Shown here: piece after piece, positions 29,158 through 35,867 of the stretch
Layout: each line of letters opens with the position of its first letter
Numbering within the stretch: the stretch's first letter is position 1
Origin: a virus
Taxonomy: Duplodnaviria > Caudoviricetes
IMG/VR virus record: IMGVR_UViG_3300005805_000236
Span: 1 to 35,867 of that record
Reading direction: 5' to 3' (one strand)
Length of the DNA: 35,867 nucleotides
Notes under the pieces: generated by a model
What the model saw: the letters and a program-made list of their open reading frames with translations, nothing else
The model's database searches: none
Told to the model about the DNA's origin: nothing
Made by a program: the position numbers and the translations under genes

Positions 29158-29337
29158 ATGCCATTTAAAAGTAAATCACAATGGAAAGCTTGCTTTGTGA
29201 CAAAAGGTTTTGGTGGCAAAGTTGATTGTAAAAAGTGGGTGAAAAAAACCAAAAAAAAATATAAAAAACTACCTGATAAAATTACAAAAAACGAATCTTT
29301 TTCACATTGGCTAAAAATAAAAGATCCTAATTTTTAA
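29158..29337 (+). CDS. Small basic protein (59 aa, MPFKSKSQWKACF...), not in the ORF track
   Basis: SD GAGG, ATG at 29158, TAA at 29335-29337. MPFKSK.Q starts are familiar from small phage proteins. Fills the gap exactly. Confidence 0.75.
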   Translation: MPFKSKSQWKACFVTKGFGGKVDCKKWVKKTKKKYKKLPDKITKNESFSHWLKIKDPNF

Positions 29338-29338
29338 T

Positions 29339-29959
29339 TTATTGTCCAGTTATTTTTTCAGGCAATTTAAAAGGTGGCAATTCATAAAATCTAAAAACTT
29401 GTTCTTGGCTTAAACTACCTCTACCATTACTTTTTTGTTTTTCTCCGTGATGTCCCTCGGCTCCACCATCACCATTTTCTTCACCGTAACCATTCGTTTT
29501 CTCACCTACTAGTGTTTTTCCGCTCATAATCATTTTCATAGCTTTTGCTGCTTGTTCATGCAATTGCTCTGAGTATGGTAATCTATATGCTCTTGGTTCT
29601 ACACTATTTTTTCTATTTGTAAAAGGTTTAAGAAAAAAAATTGTTTGTTTGTTCACTTCTTGATTATCTAAATCGGCTTCAGTAGCCCAAATATACACAC
29701 CGCCTTCATCGCTCTTGTTGTACTTAGATGGTTCTTGTACAAGAATCCAATGTATAATTGATTTTTGAGGCATAGAAACAGTTGTAGCCCATCCACTCAG
29801 GTCACTAAGGGAATACCACATCAAGAAACTAAAATACAAACAAGAAGTAATAAAAAAAATCTTTAAAGCCCAGAAACCTCTGGAAAATATAATCATCCAT
29901 AGTCCTATAACACATAAGACCAAAAAAGTTAAAGGTATTCCTACTGCGTTAATATCCAT
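29339..29959 (-). CDS. Membrane-anchored protein, third gene of the MotA/ExbB-like cassette
   Basis: Two N-terminal hydrophobic segments, a soluble domain (IYIW-like VYIW, EPRAYRLPYS) and a Gly/Glu-rich linker. SD GAGG. Confidence 0.75.
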   Translation of the reverse strand: MDINAVGIPLTFLVLCVIGLWMIIFSRGFWALKIFFITSCLYFSFLMWYSLSDLSGWATTVSMPQKSIIHWILVQEPSKYNKSDEGGVYIWATEADLDNQEVNKQTIFFLKPFTNRKNSVEPRAYRLPYSEQLHEQAAKAMKMIMSGKTLVGEKTNGYGEENGDGGAEGHHGEKQKSNGRGSLSQEQVFRFYELPPFKLPEKITGQ

Positions 29960-29966
29960 AAAATCC

Positions 29967-30608
29967 TCATGGGTTCTCAGGTGGAATGATTGGTGTTCTA
30001 GCAGGTTCGCTTTGTTTCAAATTTCTTCCTAGAAGCTTCTTTTCTAAATCAGAAACACTAATTAGATCGCCTTTACCATTCAATTTAAATCTAAACGCTG
30101 TTTTTTCGTCACCATTTTTCAACAAAGTGATTTTCTTTTGAACTAAAACAGAATATGTTGGACTTATCTTTTCTAATTGAACAGTGACTTCTGTAGGTTT
30201 TTGATCATTGAAATTATAAGCATGAACATTTACACAATACTCGCCTGCAGATGTACCTCTCAAAGTAATTATTTCTCTATTTTCAGCGTAAACTATTTTT
30301 CCAAATTTTGTTTCAACAGTATCATTCCGATGACCTAAATCATCTCTGTCTAAATGCATTAATCCGTCTTCTCTTCTTCCAAAACACACTAAATGTCCTT
30401 CTGGATCTTCAACATAAGCGTCTACATCATTATCTAATTCTTTTGCCCAAACAAAAGTAATTAAGTAAGCAGCTTTTGCATCAGGAGTTTTTTTGTTTTG
30501 ATTGATCAAAGCAAAAGATAAAACAAAAAGACAAGTAAAAGACAAGAGCATATTAAAAAGCAAATCTAGAAAAGAAGTATTGCACGAATAGTGTTTTCTA
30601 AAATTCAT
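29967..30608 (-). CDS. ExbD/TolR/MotB-like single-TM protein with a YfaP/DUF2135-like soluble domain
   Basis: TSFLDLLFNMLLSF has an Asp at the start of a TM helix, like ExbD TP.IDV.F.LL. DVDAYVEDPEG, LDRDD.G, E.I and GEY.VNVH.Y resemble YfaP-type domains. ATGA overlap with the upstream gene. Confidence 0.7.
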   Translation of the reverse strand: MNFRKHYSCNTSFLDLLFNMLLSFTCLFVLSFALINQNKKTPDAKAAYLITFVWAKELDNDVDAYVEDPEGHLVCFGRREDGLMHLDRDDLGHRNDTVETKFGKIVYAENREIITLRGTSAGEYCVNVHAYNFNDQKPTEVTVQLEKISPTYSVLVQKKITLLKNGDEKTAFRFKLNGKGDLISVSDLEKKLLGRNLKQSEPARTPIIPPENP

Positions 30609-31105
30609 TTATCCTCATTTATCTTTGATTCAATTTTATCAATTTCCAAAGCAATCAAAAAAAATTGTAATTTTAAAATACTACCACAAACCAAACCAAC
30701 AATAGTCGTGTATAACGCTGTCGCCATACTTCCACCCAATTGTGATAGTAATGATTGAACAGATGTTATATTCTGAATATCTAAAGAATTGAAGCCAGTT
30801 AACATCATAATGAAACCTACTATAGTACCCATCATACCTAAAGTTAAACACAATTCACTTACAAACCAACCTATCTCTGATTTGTTTTTGTAATAAGAAG
30901 TGTTTTTTCTAACTTTTCCTAAACTATATGAAAGTTTACCAGCATATAAACTGCAAATTAAAAATATGCCAAATGTTATATAACTTAAAAAACTCGAATC
31001 TTTAATCCAAATTTCTTTCGCTATTCCACACTGATAAAGTATTATTGATATTACACAAATAAAAGTGAAAACTAAATGCCATTGTAAAAATAATATGTTT
31101 TTCAT
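30605..31105 (-). CDS. MotA/TolQ/ExbB proton-channel family protein
   Basis: LGMMGTIVGFI and GSMATALYTTIVGL match the LGLLGTV.G and G...AL.TT..GL TM signatures. Two further N-terminal TM segments. Confidence 0.88.
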   Translation of the reverse strand: MKNILFLQWHLVFTFICVISIILYQCGIAKEIWIKDSSFLSYITFGIFLICSLYAGKLSYSLGKVRKNTSYYKNKSEIGWFVSELCLTLGMMGTIVGFIMMLTGFNSLDIQNITSVQSLLSQLGGSMATALYTTIVGLVCGSILKLQFFLIALEIDKIESKINEDK

Positions 31106-31113
31106 TTATTTCC

Positions 31114-31485
31114 TTATGTGTTGTTATTAGCTAAATCCGAAAGCTCATCTATATTTATGAATTCAGAATTATTTGTGGCATTATTTGTTTGTTTTTCTTT
31201 AGATTTTATCATATCGCTTATAATTTTTTGATGATCTGGATTTTTATCATCTAAAACTTGTTCTTCTAAAATACCTACAATTTTATCGAATATATAAAAG
31301 TTTTTACAACCAGTTAGCGTGTGCGTGGTAAAGATTCCATCTTCATCAATAGAATCAATAACCCCAGTAAAAAAATCTGCAAATTGAGGGTCACTAAAAT
31401 TATGTTTAGCAACAGGTTTTGTAAGAATAGTGCAAATTTTACCCAAAAAATTTTCAGACAACTTTTTCAATGTTGATTGTTTCAT
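31114..31485 (-). CDS. Hypothetical protein (possible small beta-barrel)
   Basis: FLGKICTILT...FTGVIDSIDEDGI...IFDKIVGI pattern suggests an Sm/SH3-like barrel; unverified. Confidence 0.65.
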   Translation of the reverse strand: MKQSTLKKLSENFLGKICTILTKPVAKHNFSDPQFADFFTGVIDSIDEDGIFTTHTLTGCKNFYIFDKIVGILEEQVLDDKNPDHQKIISDMIKSKEKQTNNATNNSEFINIDELSDLANNNT

Positions 31486-31508
31486 GACAAACCTAATATA
31501 GAAAATGT

Positions 31509-32558
31509 TTATGATAATTGAACTACATCACCAGCCATACCATGAGGAGCAGAAAAATCCACTGACTTTGTTTTGGTTTTTATCCAGTTGTTTACAATTA
31601 CAGGACCAGCATCAACATACATTTCATTCCAGTCATTATAAACATCAGGTGGTCTAACATACGATAATTTATCATTAGCGTTGAGATTTTTACTCATAGA
31701 AAGCATATTAAGCATTTTAATTGTCCCTTGAGTACCAGCTTTGTCTCTATCCAAACAAACAATTATTTTATAATCGCTCAAAAGAATTGCCTGTTTTTCA
31801 CTCATGTTCTTTCCACCGCAAGCACAAGAATTTAATTCAGACAATCTTAAACTTATAGCATTAAATTCTCCTTCGCAAACATAAAGAAAACTTCCTTGAG
31901 GCATCCAACTTCCTGCCATGTAAATGACATCTTCTTTACCAATACCGCAAGTTTTTGGTGGCCCTAAATATCTAATTTTTGCTTTAGGATTTAGATGGCG
32001 AGTATTCCAATATATAAGTTCTTTTGATTTTCCATAATAAGGAATGACTATTCTACCTTTGTATGGTTCTTCCATGCATACATACAAACCATCAATTGGT
32101 ATTTTTCTTTGATTTAAATAAGATTCTGCTTTTTCTCTGTACCAATTATTGGTTCCTAATTCGCTAATTAAATATGAACCAGATGGCAGAGTAAATTTTG
32201 TATTAGGTTCTTTTGTAACATCATAATTTGATGATATTTCTGCTTCAGATAAAAAATCATTCAATTCTTTTTCTAGTTGAGACATTGTTTTGTAACCACA
32301 TAAAACTTGTAATGCCTCTTCTCTGGAACATTTATCAACCAGCATAACAAAACTTACTAAACTTCCACCTTTATTGGTTTTCCAGCAATGATAAGCACCA
32401 TACTTGAGTTCTTTTTTACCTCCAGATGGATTACACCATAATTTGTATTTTGTATCATCTGTAAAAATACTGTTAATTTTAATTTCATTGTCAGTAATTT
32501 TTACATCTTGAAATCTCTGAGTAGCCCAATCTGCAAATTTTTTAAAGTCAATTGCCAT
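31509..32558 (-). CDS. DNA primase, DnaG/TOPRIM type
   Basis: YHCWK...GG.LV.FV, YL..R.I, RIVIPY, RYLGP, VCEGEFNA, CGG and LDRDKAG; C-terminal DWNE. Confidence 0.85.
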   Translation of the reverse strand: MAIDFKKFADWATQRFQDVKITDNEIKINSIFTDDTKYKLWCNPSGGKKELKYGAYHCWKTNKGGSLVSFVMLVDKCSREEALQVLCGYKTMSQLEKELNDFLSEAEISSNYDVTKEPNTKFTLPSGSYLISELGTNNWYREKAESYLNQRKIPIDGLYVCMEEPYKGRIVIPYYGKSKELIYWNTRHLNPKAKIRYLGPPKTCGIGKEDVIYMAGSWMPQGSFLYVCEGEFNAISLRLSELNSCACGGKNMSEKQAILLSDYKIIVCLDRDKAGTQGTIKMLNMLSMSKNLNANDKLSYVRPPDVYNDWNEMYVDAGPVIVNNWIKTKTKSVDFSAPHGMAGDVVQLS

Positions 32559-32589
32559 AAGTTCACCATTTCCCTTAGAATTATATGAG

Positions 32590-33360
32590 GTGAAAAAAAT
32601 GAATATTGAACATATATCAGTTTCTAGAAAACAATGTTACGATACTTGCAAAGCGCAATATAAATACCGATATCATTTAAAAATTATATCAGAAGAACCG
32701 ACTGCAGACCACTTCACATATGGCAAAATTGTGCATAAAGTTGCAGAATGTTTTGTGCAAGAAAAAGGCAAAAAAGAAATTTCTCAGATAGCATCTGATG
32801 TTTTGAGTGGAAAAATATTTCTGGAAGGCACAAATAAATCGCCACCATTGCCAGTTCAGTATATTGATAAATTTCCAATTCATCTTAAAAACATTAAAAA
32901 TTTAACGGAAAGAATAGGTTTTGATGGTTTTTTGGAGTGGGAATTTAATTATGATTTAGATGACCCCAATAAGAGAATGATTAAGGGTTTTATCGACAGA
33001 TTAATTATACGAGGAGACAAATTTTTTATTTTGGATTACAAAACAACAAAAAAAGGACCTTGGAGAAAAACAAAAAACACAATAGGGAAAGATTTGCAGC
33101 TAAGATGTTATGGAAAAATAGTACAAAAACATTTTAATGCAAAAGCAGAAAATATTATGGCTGCTCTTTACTATTTGGAAGGTCCAAATTTAATTTCTAC
33201 AAGTTTTACTCAAGAGTCTTTAGACTCTGCACATACAGAACTTTTAGAAACCTACAAAGAAATAAATAATATGAATCCAGATCATGTAATTGGAACTTCA
33301 GGAAATCACTGCAGATTTTGTGATTATAAAAAAACTTGTCCTTTTTATGATATATCTTAA
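32590..33360 (+). CDS. PD-(D/E)xK nuclease, RecB/Cas4-like with probable Fe-S cysteines
   Basis: HIS.S....Y..C..QY.Y.Y, GKIVH, GFIDRL, ILDYKT, QL.CY and CRFCDYKKTCP. Confidence 0.88.
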   Translation: MKKMNIEHISVSRKQCYDTCKAQYKYRYHLKIISEEPTADHFTYGKIVHKVAECFVQEKGKKEISQIASDVLSGKIFLEGTNKSPPLPVQYIDKFPIHLKNIKNLTERIGFDGFLEWEFNYDLDDPNKRMIKGFIDRLIIRGDKFFILDYKTTKKGPWRKTKNTIGKDLQLRCYGKIVQKHFNAKAENIMAALYYLEGPNLISTSFTQESLDSAHTELLETYKEINNMNPDHVIGTSGNHCRFCDYKKTCPFYDIS

Positions 33361-34235
33361 TTTGGAATTAAGATATAGTCTTCAGACAATTTGAGTAGTC
33401 TTCCATTAGTATCAACAACTTTGATTTTTTTTGCGAAATCAGATCCAGATTTTATTTTAAGTAAAAAATCAAAACCATTTCTGGAAAAAACTTCATGAAT
33501 TACACTTAAAGGAGTAAAATAACCCTCTCCTGACCCATCTACATCTGATGTTGCAACACAAGTGGCAAGATATAATTTGTCATCCATTAAGCCACCACCA
33601 CTTCTACCGGGTCTTGGACTATTTTTAATAGTGGTTAAACTTTTATTGAATAAACCTACAATTTGAACCTCATAATGAGCAACTTCATCTCCACCATCGC
33701 AACCAACACTATGCATTATTTTTCCTTTTGGATAAACATAGTCTATTGGTGCGATTGGGAAATAATTTGGTCGCCAATCCGGTTCAAATGTTATCAAGGC
33801 AGTATCTGCTTGTGGTAAATATGAATAGAAAATTACTTTAGCATTGTATGTTTTTGGTTCGGGTAGTTTTTTATCATTTTGATACCATGTTAAAACTTTA
33901 CAAGTAAGATTTTTTCGTTTACCTTCTTCTGCCGACATGGTTCCACTACTCCATAAATGACCACAAGTCGCAACATATGCTATGTTTTTATTGCTGTCAT
34001 AGTAAACTATAGTGCCTGATCCAGATCCACCTGATACTGCTATTTTTACAGATGGAGCTAACCATTTTCTGAATTCTAAACCTCTTTGTTCTTTTGGTGT
34101 AGAGCCATAGTAATTTACTACTGGCTGAAAAATTGGCATTTCAGCAGTATTTTGATTTACAAATTCATTACTTAAAGCATAATTAGGAATTAAGAGACTA
34201 ATCAAAAGAAAAAGAATTGTGGTTATTTTTTTCAT
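33357..34235 (-). CDS. Secreted trypsin-like serine protease
   Basis: Signal peptide MKKITTILFLLISLLIPNYALS, GSGTIV and catalytic triad TCGH / DTALI / GRSGGG. SD GAGG. Confidence 0.85.
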   Translation of the reverse strand: MKKITTILFLLISLLIPNYALSNEFVNQNTAEMPIFQPVVNYYGSTPKEQRGLEFRKWLAPSVKIAVSGGSGSGTIVYYDSNKNIAYVATCGHLWSSGTMSAEEGKRKNLTCKVLTWYQNDKKLPEPKTYNAKVIFYSYLPQADTALITFEPDWRPNYFPIAPIDYVYPKGKIMHSVGCDGGDEVAHYEVQIVGLFNKSLTTIKNSPRPGRSGGGLMDDKLYLATCVATSDVDGSGEGYFTPLSVIHEVFSRNGFDFLLKIKSGSDFAKKIKVVDTNGRLLKLSEDYILIPN

Positions 34236-34278
34236 TATTCCTCTTTTAGTGTAAAGCTATTTTTATATAGGTCAATCA

Positions 34279-34689
34279 ATGCTAACTCTTAATGTTTCGC
34301 ACAACATCTTTTTAACCAAAAAACAGAGATATGATTTGTGTAAAACCGACACATTAGTTGAAACCACAGGAGTTTCTGTTCCTGTTTGGTTTTTTAGAGG
34401 GAGAACTTCCGAACCAGCAAAAGAAGTTTTTTGTAAATATATTTTGAGTATTAATGACAACAAAAACGCAATAAAAAAATTTGCGGAAGGTTATATTGTG
34501 AATTTGCCAAAAAAATTAGATCAAATTTCTACTCCTATGCATGAGGTTTTAAAAGATGAGATAGACTTTGGCAAAGAAATGGTGCAGTACAAAGAGTATA
34601 GTGTATCAAAAATAAAAAAAATAAAGTATCAAGTCATACATGTTGTTGAGATATATGATGAAAGCGTTTTGTTAAATTCTATATATTAA
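34279..34689 (+). CDS. Hypothetical protein
   Basis: 136-aa ORF filling the gap between two minus-strand genes. Confidence 0.65.
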   Translation: MLTLNVSHNIFLTKKQRYDLCKTDTLVETTGVSVPVWFFRGRTSEPAKEVFCKYILSINDNKNAIKKFAEGYIVNLPKKLDQISTPMHEVLKDEIDFGKEMVQYKEYSVSKIKKIKYQVIHVVEIYDESVLLNSIY

Positions 34690-35204
34690 GGACAATCTTT
34701 CAAAGAGAGAGTCATTCTAACGCTTAAAACATCTCCAGAACTTAAAGTGGCAGGCGAACTCAGAGAAACGCTACTGATCAATTTTCCAGAATTATCAGAC
34801 GCATCAGTTAAAAACAAAGTTCTGACTGGGCCGTAAGATCCCGAAGCATTAAAAGACACAATATTACTTACAGCTTTATGTAAAGAAGTTCCAACTGTAA
34901 TAGTCCAACCGCTTGTTCCAGTAGAAGACGAGCTTAATTGTTGTCTAGTATAACCGCTACCAGATGGTTCATCTATTAAAGTTGCCATGGTATCTGCATA
35001 AGCTATTGTTGTTCTGTTGTCTAAACCCAAGTAATAGTAGCTTGGTGGCAAAGTTCCGTCATTATAAAACAATGTTTTTAAAATTAGTTCTTCACCTTCA
35101 GAATGCAACAAATTATAAAGATTTTCATTTCTCCAAATGACTTTGTTGTCTCTGGAAATTGTTGCTTCCACAATTTTAAGTATTCCATTCCAAGATTCTC
35201 GCAT
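34686..35204 (-). CDS. Putative virion structural protein (tail fibre/collar-like fold)
   Basis: NLLHSEGEELIL, YLGL, EPSGSGYTRQ, FLTDAS..SGKLI and L.SGD.LSV. Start moved to the ATG at 35204, which has SD AGGAG. Confidence 0.6.
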   Translation of the reverse strand: MRESWNGILKIVEATISRDNKVIWRNENLYNLLHSEGEELILKTLFYNDGTLPPSYYYLGLDNRTTIAYADTMATLIDEPSGSGYTRQQLSSSSTGTSGWTITVGTSLHKAVSNIVSFNASGSYGPVRTLFLTDASDNSGKLISSVSLSSPATLSSGDVLSVRMTLSLKDCP

Positions 35205-35211
35205 GTTACTC

Positions 35212-35538
35212 CTAATCATTTAATGTTTGCATTTTTATTTCTTGGCTTATATTTTCTTTATCCATGATCTTTTTATTTTCTATTTCTACCAATTTATCTA
35301 TCTGAGCGAACGCTTTCTTTGCTGTGTTTACATCCATATAAATATTACCTGTGGCATTATTTTTATTTTGATATTCTAAAGCATTAGCTTTCCTCTTAAG
35401 TTCTTTTTTTTCTCGTTGTTCAATTACCGTTAATGCTGCACTTAAATGAAAAACAGCGTCAGATAAATCATAGTGTTTTTGAATTTCTTTTTTTATTTTT
35501 TGAATATTTTCTTTAATAGTTTCGTAATTTTTTTTCAT
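35212..35538 (-). CDS. Hypothetical helical protein
   Basis: 108-aa ORF with ATGA overlap to the upstream gene. Confidence 0.65.
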   Translation of the reverse strand: MKKNYETIKENIQKIKKEIQKHYDLSDAVFHLSAALTVIEQREKKELKRKANALEYQNKNNATGNIYMDVNTAKKAFAQIDKLVEIENKKIMDKENISQEIKMQTLND

Positions 35539-35867
35539 TTTGTCCCCAATTCAATATTTCTTATTGGCGAAGAATCTTCAAGCAATCTATATCTTCCAAA
35601 TTCATATCTGAGATTTTTATTTTGTACTTTGACTTTCCATAAATCTTGATTTTCATTTATTGAAGGGACATTGTGATAAAATTCATATTTCCATGGTTCA
35701 TATAATTTACCTAAATACATTTTTCTTATATTTTCATTTATATAATTTCTATTTTTTTTAGAATCTAAAAAAAACAAATTTCTATATTTGTTTGGATAAT
35801 CTTTTAAAAAATCTAAATCTTGTTTGTTGTTTTCGCCTTCATTCAAAAATATTATTTTATTATCTTC
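35535..35867 (-). CDS. Hypothetical protein, probably 5' truncated
   Basis: The frame stays open from the TTG at 35846 to the window edge. Confidence 0.55.
   Translation of the reverse strand, partial: EDNKIIFLNEGENNKQDLDFLKDYPNKYRNLFFLDSKKNRNYINENIRKMYLGKLYEPWKYEFYHNVPSINENQDLWKVKVQNKNLRYEFGRYRLLEDSSPIRNIELGTK

Noticed and set aside
29339-31105. Zorya (ZorAB) defence system or flagellar stator
   Set aside because: The A subunit lacks the long ZorA tail and the large MotA cytoplasmic domain, the B subunit lacks an OmpA-like domain, and there are no zorC/D/E or flagellar genes.
32590-33360. Cas4-like gene as part of a CRISPR-Cas system
   Set aside because: No cas1/cas2 or array nearby. Stand-alone PD-(D/E)xK nucleases are common in phages.
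1-35867. Stop-codon reassignment (TAG or TGA read-through) as in some large phages
   Set aside because: Genes tile densely under the standard code, and TAA, TAG and TGA all end genes right before the next start.
1-35867. tRNA, rRNA, introns, inteins or IS elements
   Set aside because: No intergenic space or sequence signatures for these were seen by eye. A covariance-model scan would be needed to exclude small RNAs.

Overview
AT-rich, gene-dense fragment of a large contractile-tailed phage (myovirus, probably jumbo-sized), read in the standard genetic code. 1-11.5 kb is a tail/baseplate operon in typical order: tape-measure C-terminus, tube-initiator-like, gp53/LysM-like, hub, gp5/VgrG-like spike, gp25, gp6/J, gp7/I-like and a collar/fibre-attachment protein. 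11.5-26.2 kb mixes structural genes with modification enzymes: a SET-domain methyltransferase, a GT2-like protein, a Maf/DUF115-like protein, two GT9-like proteins and a nucleoside 2-deoxyribosyltransferase-like protein. It also holds three paralogous PKD-domain proteins, the last carrying a long hierarchical FGP repeat (11-12 aa units nested in 90-aa/270-nt units). 26.2-35.9 kb encodes an actin-fold ATPase beside a tandem-duplicated small protein, a three-gene MotA/ExbB + MotB/ExbD-like + membrane-protein cassette, a DnaG-type primase, a PD-(D/E)xK Cas4/RecB-like nuclease and a secreted trypsin-like protease. The best candidates for an undescribed system are the phage-encoded ion-driven membrane motor cassette, the actin-like operon, and the repeat fibre with its neighbouring glycosylation genes. 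All family calls come from reading motifs by eye; no database searches were run.
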